The translations under genes were made by a program, and so were the position numbers. A stretch of 64,000 bases of DNA, taken from contig NC_043014.1 in NCBI RefSeq assembly GCF_006345805.1, forward strand, positions 29,450,001-29,514,000. The letters run 5' to 3'. Source of the DNA: Octopus sinensis. Lineage: Eukaryota. Within the stretch, counting starts at the first letter, position 1, and every line of letters starts with the position of its first letter. The notes beneath the pieces are model-generated. The model did no database searches, had not been told where the DNA came from, and saw only the letters and a list, made by a program, of their open reading frames with translations. Below are positions 38,805-52,202 of the stretch, one piece after another.

Positions 38805-40059
38805 TTGGGTTGGCAAGAAAGTAATTTTGTTTTTCGCAAATAGATAGAGTTTCGATTTTTTTTTAATGACTTTTGTCAATGTTATGATCTTTTTTTCCTT
38901 TTCACATTTGATAGCCGTTACTCTTAGCTTACTTTAGAAACAAATTGCGCGTAATTGTGTTCACAGCTGTTAGTTCAATGTCAATTTTAACATGGAGTGC
39001 AAAGACAAACATTTTCCCTATATTTTGCTTTTTTTTATTTCCGTAAAAGCAAGAAACTTGCTGAGGTTCACAAGGAGATATGCGAAGTTTATACTGTTGA
39101 TTGCTTAACAGAACGCCCATGTCAGAAATTGTTTTAAACATTCCGTTCAGGAGATTTTTCATTCAAAGATAGCCAACGCTCTGGTCAAGCCATAACTGAA
39201 TCTGATTGTCATATAACTGGGCGAGAGATTGCAGAGAGATTAAATGTATTACACACAACAAATGAAATTCACTTAAAGTGTCTTGGACTCGTTAAGAATC
39301 CTGATACTTGGGTCCTCCAACGAATCAACGAAGTAGCACAACGAATCAATATTTGCGATATGCATCTCAAACGCAATGAAATCGACCTTTTTTGAAACGA
39401 ATCATCACGAGTGAGGAAAATGGATTGTCTACAATAACATCAACCGAAAACGATCATAGTCCAATCGTAATGAACCAGCACAAACCACATCGACAGTTGA
39501 TTTGCATCAAAAAAAGGTCATACTGTCAATTTGGTGGGATTACAAAGGTGTTGTGTATTTTGAACTGCTTCCAAGGCACCAAACGATCAATTCAGATGTT
39601 TACTGTCAACAACTAATGAAACTAGAGGAAGCAAACACAGAAAAACAGCCAGTATTGGCAAATTGTAAAGGAATCGTATTCCATCATGACAACGCTAGAC
39701 TACACTCCTCAATGCTAACTGGAGAAAAATCAGTGGAGATTGGTTGGGAAGTGATGTGACATTCACCATATAGCCCTGACCTCTCACCATCAGATTACCA
39801 TTTATTTCGAAGTTTGCAAAATTCTTTGGTGAAACTTCAATAATGATGATGGCCTGAAATTGCACTCGCTTCAGCTTTCAGCTGATAAGAACCAGAAGTT
39901 CTATGAGCGTGGAATAATGAAGTTGCCAGAAAGGTGGCAAAAGGTCGTCGAACAAAATGGAAAATATATAATTGATTGAAGTTCATTCTTTGTATGAAGA
40001 AAACAAATATTTTTATTTCACACTAAAAAAAAAACGAAATTACTTTCTTGCCAACCCAA
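38805..40059 (+). mobile_element. Near full-length decayed mariner (1255 bp, D,D34D type)
   Basis: TIRs TTGGGTTGGCAAGAAAGTAATT / AATTACTTTCTTGCCAACCCAA; TA at right; transposase remnant about 38992-39979 with SIWWDYKGVVYFELL, FHHDNAR, HSPYSPDLSPSDYHLF, LPERWQKVVEQNG; frameshifts and stops. Confidence 0.95.
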
Positions 40060-42551
40060 TATGTTTATATTTGTAGTGAAAAATTCAGCTAATCTCATTC
40101 ACATTATTTCACCTTTCTGAAGCAAACCGAGCATGCAGTTATATAATTAAGTATTTTTACATACAAAATGAAAATGAAGCGAAACAATCGATATGTAGAT
40201 ATATGTAATAGCAATGTAATCTTAGTATTAATGTTAATGCAATAGGCGTACATACACAAATGTACCCCGTCCCCACTGGATTTGTTTCCTCATAACTTCC
40301 AGAAAAAATGGATATTTTGTAATGAAATTTTCTACAAATATTCACTTCATATTGAAATTTGTTGTGAAAATTCTACCCGGGTGTGGAAAGGGGGATTTGA
40401 ATTTCCAATTTTTTTTCGCATTGAATTCCGAAATAATCATAATCAACACGCCCTTAGGGGTATTCCAAGAAAATTTCGTTTAAAAATATCCATTTTTTTC
40501 AAAAGTTATGAGAAAAGGAAGCCGACTTGTGTGAATTTTCAGAAATTCATGATCACTTCGCGCCGGCCGGTTACCGTATACCATAGCGCATGTGATACGC
40601 AATGTCTATTAGAAACATGTACGGAATTCCCGCAATTTCGTAACTTGAAGCGTATTTTTCCATTGATTTTCATATTTTGAACTGGGATACGTTTTAACGG
40701 AATTTTAACAAGAACAAATAATTCAACTATATTCAACCATTTTTTTTTTTATCTCGCATCTCTACTTTCATGCCATCTTCATCTTCAGGAGGTGTGATGT
40801 ATCAGTTATTTATGAAGGGTATGATAGATAGTAACAGGAAGGGCAATCATTATTTCAGTTATAAATACATACATACATAAGCTCTATTGTAAAAAACATG
40901 GCATAACTGTTGATGGAATGAGTAACTATAATCGAACTGAAGTCATTCTCTTTTTGCATTTTGACATTTTAAAAGACCTTTGTAATAAATCAGTTTTCTA
41001 ACTGACAATGGCATAGAGATACAATTTAATTAGTAATAGACAATACTGTGGATTTTATATGGACGTTTAAAAGCTTTATACATGAATTTAATGTATTTAA
41101 ATGCATGTATTTAAAGGCGTTTATTTATCAAGTTATCTTGATTATCTAAATCTCCTACTCCTACCTTCACCTTTCTTTGCTGTCCGAACTGGAGTGCAGC
41201 TATTAATTTTTTTTTTTTTTTTGAAATCCTCAAGTGATGATAAGGCTTAACAAATTGCAGTCGCCATTTTAATTTGTTATATGACTCACCCCGGATGAAA
41301 AACTGAACGATGTTATTACTGCAGTTGTTATTTTTTGTTGATTTTGTTGTTGTTAGTGGTGGTGGTGGGGGCGGGTACTATTCTTCTCATAGTCACTGTG
41401 CTTGTTATCCTTGTTTTGCTGCTTTTGGTGATTTCGTTGAGGCTGTTGTTTATGGTTGTCGGTATTACTGTTATTACTGTTGTGCTTGTTGCTAATGCTA
41501 TTGGTATTGTTGTGAGATTATTGCTGCTGTTGTTGCTACAGTTGTCGTCGTCATCGTTGTCAATGATGATCACGAAAACCACCACAACGACGACGGCGAC
41601 GACGACGACGATGACCACAACGATGACGACGACGACGATGATCATGATGATTTAACTGATGCAGTAATAGCTCTTCTTGTCCATGTTGTTATTGTTGTTG
41701 TAGCCATTGCTGTTGTTGTTCCTGCTGCTGCTGGTGGTATTTATTTCGAAGAGTATGAAAAACTAAATGGGGGAGGAAGATCAGTTCCCATGACATTCAC
41801 AATCCCTCCCAGACTAGGGAGGTCGATAAAATTGATATTTAGCTTGAACTTCCAAGGATTGATATTTGAAGATAGAAAAATGGGATTTCAGAGGGTTACA
41901 AACTAAGAAGAAAGAACTGGTTGAAGTTTTTAGTGAGGAGGTTTTTTGTGCGTGAAGTGAGACACACAAAGTAAAGAATCGGGCTGGTTTCAAAGTATAT
42001 AATGCACAGTTTTCGAGCCCAGTGTAGAAAGAGCTGTAGCCTTTAGTAATAGAAGAGACATGGAAAGAGTAGAATGAGCTAGCATAGTAATAGTTGTAGA
42101 ATGGTAGTAAAAGAAGGTTTTGGTGGTATGATGGACAACTTGCAAGTTTAAAACAGTTGCATTTGTAACAGAAGAGAGAGAGAGTGGGAGGATATGCTTC
42201 TAATTGTATTAGTGAGTGAAAATTTTCTAATTAGTTGGCTGACCTTTTGTTGACTGCAGTCTCAAATATCTGTTGAATGTAGCATTTGCTGTGTCCCAAA
42301 TATGAAACTAGAAACGCGATGAGGTAATTTGTATACTTGTGCTTTCTCAGGGGTCAACAACTATTCACAGCTACTCAGGGATGGACCAAAGCTTTCTGGC
42401 CCCAAAAATTTAAATCCTGATGGTCTGCATCAACAAATATTAGAATAGAATGCAAAAAAAAAAATGTATATATTGATGCGAGAAGAAAAAAATTAAGGTT
42501 TTGGATTCGACTCTTCGATAGAAAAAGAAATGAAAACCTATATATTGGAAG

Positions 42552-42622
<71 letters not shown>

Positions 42623-42659
42623 ATAATAAAACTTATATATAAAGAACGTGAAATTCACG

Positions 42660-42900
42660 AATTGACAAACACGGAAAAACGGACAGTAATTCAGAGCCTT
42701 CATTCTTCAGTCAGAAACCGATTCATCATGGCAAATTTCGGTTGTTTAATTCTGAGATTTGCTCCGAAAGGGCCAGCCCCAAGGAAAAGCTAAGCTATGG
42801 GCATTAGATTTGCTTGGTAGAAGGAAAGAATGTGACAACAGAGACGAACAGAAAAACAAGAGACGAAGATAAAATTTACAGTAACGAATAAAAACAGGAA
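42660..42900. mobile_element. Solo copy of the 8615/9323 pseudo-LTR-like repeat, inverted
   Basis: CTTCAGTCAGAAACCG..GCAAATTTCGG..TTGCTCCG..GGCCAGCCCCAAGGAAAA matches the reverse complement of 9323-9506. Confidence 0.7.
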
Positions 42901-43035
42901 TGATACGGGGGCGTCATACGACTTTGAGACAAAATGAGACAAAACAATTGATCATCAGCGTAGGAAACGGTTACCTTTTCGGTAGAGAAGACGGCAGTGG
43001 AATGGCTTAGCAGTAGTAGGTTTATATATATATAT

Positions 43036-43076
<41 letters not shown>

Positions 43077-43196
43077 CATACATACATTTTGAATGGATCT
43101 TAATACATACCTCTTCAATAAGCTTTCATATTTACCATTTGACGCACATGCTTTCCTTGGACGTTTTCCGTCTCTCCGGAACTTTCCTCTCTCCTC

Positions 43197-43229
43197 TTCC
43201 CGATGAAGAACCATTCTCGAAACGTTAAA
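43197..43229 (+). ncRNA. Degenerate hammerhead-like motif
   Basis: CCGATGA-AGAA(CCA)TTCTC-GAA-ACGT-T-AAA, followed by CTGAGCGT. Confidence 0.4.
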
Positions 43230-43354
43230 CACCCAGTCTTTTTTTTTTACATCTTATACTGAGCGTCAACCTGATGCATTCTCTGACCTTTGTTGTTTTG
43301 TTATTTTTAATTTTTCATTTGCCTTTGTGTGTGTGCATATACATATATATAATA

Positions 43355-43392
<38 letters not shown>

Positions 43393-43393
43393 T

Positions 43394-43437
<44 letters not shown>

Positions 43438-43450
43438 AATATATATATAT

Positions 43451-43497
<47 letters not shown>

Positions 43498-43500
43498 ATA

Positions 43501-43587
<87 letters not shown>

Positions 43588-43842
43588 ATTTTTATACATA
43601 CCGTTTTTATTTTTTTTCCGATTTTTACTTGATAAATAGTTTTCCAGGAGTAAAACCCACGGCTTCTTTTATTATGATAAATGCAACATCAGGTCTCATC
43701 TTTTCAACAATTACCACTTAATATTTCTGAGACAAACTGTTTATTAAAGAATAGGCCTCACAACTACGTGAATCCAGATTTGATTCTACTTTAGGCAACA
43801 TGTGTGTAATCGTAGCACCGGTATGAGCAGAGTCACTGATCT

Positions 43843-44283
43843 CATCATCATCATCATTGTTCGACCGTGGTCGAGACAGTGGAATTTACCATGCTACGTC
43901 ATGGCATTACGGAGGTCCTGTTGCTGGATGCCTGTATCCCTGGAGATTACTTCAGGGTAGGAGAGTGTGCGCCCCCTGGTATTGCGAGTAGATGGCTTCC
44001 GGAGGAGAAGAGTAGAAATTACCTTGTTTTCAGCTCTACAACAATGTCCAACAAACTGGACTCTTCTACCTTTCACATATATTTGCATTTTGGTTGGATG
44101 GCGCTTCCACGAGAGATTTTGAGCTCTCATAAGGAGGCGAGTGTAGGTTCCATCCAACCGCCTCTCAAGCTTCTTTGATAACGTCCAGGTTTCTGAGCCA
44201 TATAGTAGAATTGGTTCGACTGTGGCTTTGAAGATTTCAAGTTTGAAGTCTCTACTTAGATTTGATGACCAGATCTTATGCAT
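43843..44283 (-). mobile_element. 5'-truncated RTE-clade LINE with intact TSD
   Basis: ILLYGSETW, LDGTYTRLL, FVGHC; (TGA)n tail; 11-bp TSD GTCACTGATCT at 43832-43842 and 44284-44294. Confidence 0.92.
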
Positions 44284-44840
44284 GTCACTGATCTATGAGT
44301 GCGATTAATCAAATAAATAGCCTTCAAGCATCCATTTTCCAGTTTGATGTGCCTGTCCTGCTTGGTATGCGGTGTTCTGTAAGTATTTAAGATAGTTAAC
44401 TCTCAGAATGGTCCAGTATTCCCAGTTATAGTTATGCAAGGAGTTTGATTAATCAACAGGAAAAAAATTGAATCCCAAGAAAACAGAAGCAACCCCCAGC
44501 CTAAGCACGATGCATTTTTTTTCCGAATAAGGGCAACTCACCTTAGCACTCACCTGTATAATCTTATGAGTATAGATATCCCACAGGCGCACTATAAATC
44601 AGATTTGAGTTGGTGTACCCATCAACACACGCACGTATGTATATATCAAAATGTGAGTGTGTGCGCAAGCGTGTATATCCAGTATCGTGAGTATGGACAA
44701 TAAAGACGAATAAATGATTATCAAATAACATCCACGATCAGTTCTTGATTTATTGAAACCATCGTATTTTGTTGTTTTTGGATAGAGAGAGAAGAGCAAA
44801 CAAATACCGTCTGGCAGTTATACGACAAACGATAAACGTC

Positions 44841-45132
44841 GCCCTTTTCAAGCCTAACTAGGCTCATGGGACCGGTTTCCCGGTTTCTGTGGCGTATGTG
44901 TTCCCCCCAGCTGAACGGAACGCCAGTCCATCGCAGCGTTACTCAAGAAACAGGAAGAGAGGGTGAGAGAAAGTTGTGGCGAAAGAGTACAACAGGGGTC
45001 ACCCCCACCCCCTGGTGGAGCTTTTAGGTGTTTTCGCTCAATAAATACACACAACGCCCGGTCTGGGAATGGAAACCGCGATCCTCCGACCGCGAGTCCG
45101 CTGCCCTAAACACTGGGCCATTGCGCCTCCAC
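44841..45132 (-). mobile_element. tRNA-derived SINE, head K with tail type B
   Basis: Head as in 10707; tail CTTGAGTAACGCTGCGATGGACTGGCG...GAAACCGG; same type at 63374. Confidence 0.9.
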
Positions 45133-45296
45133 TCTGGTAGTTATGGCTAACTTCAAAAGAAAAAGTGAGATAATATCTATCTAGCAATCTAGCTCTTTCC
45201 ACCCCTCTTCCTCTCTCTCTCTCTCTCTCTCTCTCTCCACACACACACAAAGAGAGAGACAGAGACAGACAGAGACAGACAGACAGACAGACAGAC

Positions 45297-45356
<60 letters not shown>

Positions 45357-46758
45357 TGCACGCACACACAGGCACACATACATAAAATGCGTATGTACAT
45401 ATGTATAAAATATGTATCGTGTATATAAGCACACATGCACACGCAGAATCATAATGAAATGAGTGGAAGTTGTATCAGAACATGTATGATGAACACGTAT
45501 ATAAGTAAAGAAAAAGACAAATCAGGAAGCGGGACATGTACTGGAGTGTGAGCAGGGGAGGTTGTATAGTAGCCATTGAAGAGATGAGAGCGACGTTGGG
45601 GGAGAAGAGGAAGTGTATAGAGAAAGCGTGTGAAAAGTATTTTTAGAGGGCTCTGGGAGCGGTTTGAGTCGGAGGAGAAAAGAGGGAATAGGATAAGAGA
45701 GTAAAGAAAAGGCATAAGAAGGGGAAGGTGGTTGTGTGAAAGATGGACAAAAGGAGAAACAAGAAGATGAAGAAACAGAGGTTTTGTACGATAGGGAGGA
45801 TGAGAAAGAGTGGAAGAGGAGGATAAGACTAATAATGGGGGAGGGAGGAAGACAAAGAAAAGGAGAGAAGAATGAGGGATGGAAGAGAAAGGAGGAAGTA
45901 GTCAATTCGTGTGCATCTGTGAGCGTTGAATGTATTTGCATTTTTGTACGTGTGTGTGTGTGTGTCTGTGTCTGCGTGTGTCTCTTTGTGTGTGTGTGTG
46001 TATGTGTCTGTGTGTGTGTGTGGTGTGTGTGTGTGTGTGTGTGTGTGTCTCTGTGTGTGTGTCTCTGTGTGTGTGTATGTGTGTGTGTGTGTATGTGTGT
46101 GTATCATTTTGTGAGTGTTTGAATGGCTGTATCAATGCGTGCGTGCTATGTGTGTTGGATAGCGTATGCTAGTGTGTCTGTATCTATATAGTTACGTGTG
46201 TGAGTGTGCGTGTGTGTTTATGTGCGTTTGTATGTATATGCTTGTACTCATGCGTCTATGTAAATTAGTTTGCTTTCTTTAATATTCGCTATCAATGGCG
46301 ATGGCTCTCAGGAATGTCGCTTACCAGACAGCAGTCCCCCCCACCCACCTTTAACTATTTATCAAAAGTTTGTCTTGCTTACAGGCACACAGGCTGACAC
46401 ACAGACAGGCACGCAGACAGGTAAAGAGGCAGGTATGTAGACATGTCTATAGGATGGCGTAGAAACAAACTGCCAGACAGTCAGCTATTCTGATTATCAG
46501 ACAGCCAGACAAACAGTTGGTTAGGTAGGGGACTGGCTGAGTGGTTGTCTACATAGATAGGCGGGTAAGTGGTTGTCTAGGGTGGTAGTTAGGAAGGTTG
46601 TTGAAGTTAGAAAATAGAGACAGGCAGATAAATAGGCAGATATGGATGGATGGATGGATGGATGGACAAACGGATAGACAAATATATAGATAGAGAGAGA
46701 GAGAGAGAGAGAAATAGATACACAGACAGCCAAATAGATAGACAGAGAGACAGACAAC

Positions 46759-46850
<92 letters not shown>

Positions 46851-46967
46851 CAGACACAGAAAGAAAATCTGAAACAACAAAGATCATCATCATCTCTACA
46901 ACCACAAATTCCGATACAGTCATACCCACCACACTGAACATCCAGCAGCAGAATCGCCATCAATATT

Positions 46968-47189
46968 AAGCTGGCAGAATCGTTAGCACGCCGGGTGAAA
47001 TGCTGGGCGGTATTTCGTTTGCCGCTACATTCTGAGTTCAAATTCCGCCGAGGTCCACTTTTCCTTTCATCATTTCGGGGTCGATTAAATAAGTACCAGT
47101 TACGCACTGGGATCGATGTAATCGACTTAATCCCTTTGTTTGTTCCCTCTATGTTTAATCCCCTGTGGGCAATAAAGAAAGAAATATTA
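46968..47189 (+). mobile_element. SINE family M with a third tail type
   Basis: Family M head and core; tail TCCCTTTGTTTGTTCCCTCT...GGGCAATAAAGAAA. Confidence 0.85.
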
Positions 47190-47415
47190 TAACTTCAGAA
47201 ATTTCCATCATCACGAACAGCATCATCAATGTCCTCATCAGCGCTAGGATCACAGCATTCAATCAATGCCACCATAGTCATTATCATCGTAAACATCACT
47301 ACCATAGCCATCACCACCAACTTCAACATTACCAGAGCTCCTGATACGAAATTCATTCTGACTCTAAAAGGCGGGAAAGTTATCTGGAGAAACAGAGAGA
47401 GAGAGAGAGAGAGAG

Positions 47416-47448
<33 letters not shown>

Positions 47449-47484
47449 AGTGACAAGGACTAAATAGATAGTGCGAGGGGAGGG

Positions 47485-47551
<67 letters not shown>

Positions 47552-47718
47552 GGTCCCGGGTTGAGTCGGGGTTAACCACAGTAAATAAGGTACTCAATAC
47601 ATAGCAGAGTATGAATGAAACAGTTCTAGTCCTGTAGAAGCTCTTTCTATAAAATAAAATATATATATATATATATATAAATGTATTGCATTTCGGGATG
47701 GTCATTTTTATTTATTGT

Positions 47719-47757
<39 letters not shown>

Positions 47758-47951
47758 TGCCAAATAAACACATGCATTACATATTTGTTCTTCAGTCATT
47801 TATTACTGTTCAACGACACTTTTCGTTTTCGTGTGTGTTTTTGCTCCACTACTCCATCATGCTGCACAAACTGATAAATGTATATAATATATATATACAT
47901 ACACACACAAACAAGCACACACCCACACACACACACACGCACACATACACA

Positions 47952-48049
<98 letters not shown>

Positions 48050-48278
48050 CATATATTGCTTCAAAGCAATCTACCCAATGAAGCGCCGGCACACACACCT
48101 GTTGCTGGATCATATATATTTATGTAATCATTTAATCATTTATAAAATAATTTTCTATAATGCTATGAAAATTAAAACTCACCAACTTCAAGCTGCTGTC
48201 ATTGCACAGAAACAAATGCTATAATATGTAATTAAAGCCTGTTTATTCCATCTTCTATTAATTTCATGTGAGAGAGAG

Positions 48279-48327
<49 letters not shown>

Positions 48328-49170
48328 ACGACGGGCTTGTTTTCGTTTCTGTGTACCAAATAAACTCACAAGGCTTCGGTTAAACCGAGCCTATAGTAGA
48401 AGACACTTGTCCACGATGCCACACCGTGAGACTGAACGTGAAATCATGTGGCTGGGAAGTAAACGGCTTGGCACACAACCATACCTATGTGTGTGTGAGG
48501 AGTGGATGGATGGATGGAATTGAGGCGGGGCGGTTGAATATCTAAGGTATCATAGACAGGAAAGTGATGGCAAGTAAGAAGAGGATAATAGTATTGAACG
48601 GGCATAGTTACGAAAGATTTTCCAAAGAGAAAGGACAAGAAGATCAATGATATACATATAAGGGACACTAAAGATGTTGATCTCAGAGTTATTATGTTCA
48701 GTATCCTCGAATGCGAATTGTCTTCAGTTCGATACCAGTTCAAAACTAAAATCGTAATGGCAAACCTTTAACATACACTTTTTTGTGTATGTGTGTGCTT
48801 ATGTGATGTATGCATGTGGGTGTATGTATATATTATGTGTGTTATTTCCGCATATGTATGTATGTATATTGTTGACGCCTTAAGAATTTTATAAACTTTC
48901 CAGAGAACGTGAATTAAGTTTTTCTTTAATATCTCGAAGCGCACGCATAAAGCTATGAGTATTGACATGTAAACTACATTTTCCATCTAAAATTGTTTAT
49001 TAACCCAATATTTACTTGCTGTTATTTAAAGGATTATGTGTGTGCTTCAAGATATCCCCCCCCAAAAAAATGTATAAATATATATCCCTATACACATATA
49101 TATGTGTATGTGTGCATATGTTTAATGTTATGTATACTTGCATGTCTATATGTGTTTATATATATATATA

Positions 49171-49548
49171 CTCTTTTACTTGTTTCAGTCATTTGACTGC
49201 GGCCATGCTGGAGCACCGCCTTTAATCGAGCAACTCGACCCCGGGACTTATTCTTTGTAAGCCCAGTACTTATTCTATCGGTCACTTTTTGCCGAGCCGC
49301 TAAGTGATGGGGACATAAACATACCACTATCGGTTGTCAAGCAATGCTAGGGGGACAAACAGACATACACGCACACACATATATACATATATATACATAT
49401 ATACGACGGGCTTCTTTCAGTTTCCATCTACCAAAACCACTCACAAGGCTTTGGTCGACCCGAGGCTATAGTAGAAGACACTTGGGACTGGACCCGGAAC
49501 CATGTGGTTGATAAACAAGCTACTTACCACACAGCCACTCCTGCGCCT
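49171..49548 (-). mobile_element. CORE-type SINE family O with a small deletion in the CORE
   Basis: Reverse complement of the 19534 type; further copies or halves at about 48327-48487, 54230-54670, 54833-55015, 60822-60985, 63652-63807. Confidence 0.9.
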
Positions 49549-49678
49549 ATACACACCTAATACATAAGTGATGCATGCATACAAACACATGAACATGAAC
49601 TGTATATTCCTATACTAAAGTTTTAGGATTTTAACTGGAAGATGTACATTATTCAAGAATCATTTTCGTGTTCTTTAG

Positions 49679-49832
49679 ACCAAGGATGACACTGGTCAAA
49701 GACTCCTACGCTCAACCACACTCTAGAAGTGATCATCTCGTCTATCCAGACATAGTGATAAATGATCGACATCTCTCAAGAGCAGCGAGCATGAATAGTT
49801 GTTCAGTACTAAATGAGCTGATTTATGATTGA
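49679..49832 (+). CDS. Candidate terminal coding exon of an unknown gene
   Basis: Acceptor TTTCGTGTTCTTTAG; phase-2 frame PRMTLVKDSYAQPHSRSDHLVYPDIVINDRHLSRAASMNSCSVLNELIYD*; AATAAA at about 50049; no homology recognised. Confidence 0.2.
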
Positions 49833-50830
49833 AAGCATTTCGTCAGTTAACATTCTATGTTTGTCCAAGGAAATCATGCATGTATTATCTAACATGTCTT
49901 TTCCTAAAACAAGGAAGTATTGGTTTCATAGCGATTTAACTGATGCTTCTACCAAGTTGAGCGAACAAGTGGTGTTCCCTCATTGGCTCACAGGATTGTC
50001 AGCAATAAGATATTGTGATTATGTTACACATGTGTGAACTATATCGTAAATAAAACCAATATAATTGTTTTTATTTTACTTACAGTTCGTTTTGTGTTCA
50101 CATAATTCACTTTCGTTGCATCCAGTCGAACCAATTCCTTTTGTTGATATATATCACCATAGCAATCGCTTTACAATCGAATTATTAGGTTCTTCAATTT
50201 CCTTTGATATTCTTCAATTACCCAAGCTTAGACAGATCCATACGTCCGTCAATGCTTTTCAAATACTTTGAATTACTAAACGATAACAACTAAGGTTACA
50301 AGGGTTAAAGAAAAATTTCATTGTGTAAATCTCTGGCTAATGTAAATGATAATGAAGTCATACAATATGGCGTCCATTCACAGCTTGATTCAAAACTAAC
50401 GTTTTACAAATTTCATATAGAATATAGATTTATTTATTGAAAAATTTTATACAATTACTAATAAGATAAAGATACACCAGATTCTGAATTTTAACTATAA
50501 TTCATTGAAATGGTAAGAATAACTTGAATACATTTCGCTCTTTTGATATCGGTTATTTGTAAACATGAAATGCTTTCATTTCAACTCCTAATGAAAACGG
50601 AGGCTCTATCGAATTAAATAAATCATTTATTTTGTTAGATTTCGTTAAAATTTCTACTAAAAAAAATGACAAAATATCTTATGCAGTTAACTGAAATGGA
50701 CTTTATTTGCAGATGCAATTAACCGGTCACTTTTACATACATTCGATGCCAAACGATTTGGTATTTTCAAAAGTTATGCAATTAACCTGATTATAAAATT
50801 ATCCTATATGCAATTATGCGAAATGGGCTT

Positions 50831-50861
<31 letters not shown>

Positions 50862-50884
50862 CCTCTCTCTCTCTCCCTCTCTAC

Positions 50885-50920
<36 letters not shown>

Positions 50921-51300
50921 TTCTCTCCAAACATGTATTCATACGCATTTCACATACATATCGCTTTAAGGAAAAGCCTTTTAGATCAAATTTACTAGGT
51001 TATACATTCTGTGCGTGTTTGCGCGCGCGTATGTGGTGTGTGTGTGCATGCATACATAAAGTAGGTTCTTTGAAGCTCTCGAGTTCCTTATTTCTGGCTT
51101 TCGTTAGAATATTCTAAATCTCTCACAAGAGCGGTTTCTCTAAGAACTCTTTCTTTCAGACATTCCGTTGGTATTTAAAGCAATTTTTGAAGTATACTTC
51201 TCAACCAACTGTTTTTCTCCGAACCAGATCGAAAAGGAATGAGGTTGGTACTTATACAAATGGTACTTTGCTCCAAGTGCTAATAATTCTGTTTCTTTGT

Positions 51301-51555
51301 TCAAACACCGTTATTTCTTTGAAATCTGTAGCAGTAGTGAGCCACCTTGCACTGCTCTACTACCTTGTAGTTGAGTCCAAGAAGACAAAGGCTAGGACAG
51401 TACACACAGAGGGGGAAAAATTTGTAGTATTCAGCTTTAAGGGGGTTTCCATCAAACTGGATTTCTACCAGGCCCCTGCAGCAGGGAGGAGATACCATTT
51501 GTGATGTATTACTCCTACTACTGGATCTATCTTCTTCACAATAAAGATAGTGGTC
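51301..51555 (-). CDS. Candidate Cys-rich exon or ORF of unknown origin
   Basis: Frame opens exactly at acceptor TTTCCTAG|GAC; 84 aa DHYLYCEED...PPCCRGLVEIQ...PLCVYCPSLC...QCKVAHYC...*; the plus strand is also open (51160-51504). Confidence 0.3.
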   Translation of the reverse strand, partial: DHYLYCEEDRSSSRSNTSQMVSPPCCRGLVEIQFDGNPLKAEYYKFFPLCVYCPSLCLLGLNYKVVEQCKVAHYCYRFQRNNGV

Positions 51556-52202
51556 CTAGGAAATGCCCTTTCTCAACAATACTAATTTTTCGCTCAGAAG
51601 TCACCCAATAATTTTATTTTATCTGAAGCTATTGTTAGGGTTGTGCCTTATCTACAATCGCTCAGGTGATCCTAAATGCATAAGGACTTGCCTCACGTAA
51701 GTACCATATAAATTTTGACAAAACTGAAGCGCATCGTTTTAATCAGTAGTTATAAAATATACATACTTTGAGTACATTTCATGTTGCCTGTTTCTTTGTT
51801 TAGCACCGTAACTATCAATTTTGCTGAACAGTTACCATCTAGTGGGCAATTCTTACAAATTCTTACGATGCATGATTGGTGTTGGTCTTGTTTTATTTAA
51901 CCTTCCAATATTATTACCTCTGCGAAATTCTTACTAGGTAAATAACTAGAATTAACGTAGATCTTATTTAATATCTTACTATGACAGTGAGTGTGTAAGT
52001 AAAGAAATATATATTGAAGGTTCAATGAAAGGATAGACGTGCCTGTGGCTGAGTGCACGTGGTGAGGTTCATGTGTAAGCGTGTATGTGTGTCAAACCGC
52101 ACTGAAATAAAATTCAGAGTTTTAATGTTATGCATACGATTAAAACCAACCGGAGAAAGAGTGAGAATCCTGACACATATTCTCAGGTGTTTGGAATGTT
52201 AG

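Noticed and set aside
41700-42300. LINE ORF remnant
   Set aside because: Purine-rich and too degenerate to assign any motif reliably.
48560-48640. FLYWCH-like VLNGHSY fragment
   Set aside because: The match is only a few residues long, followed by stops.
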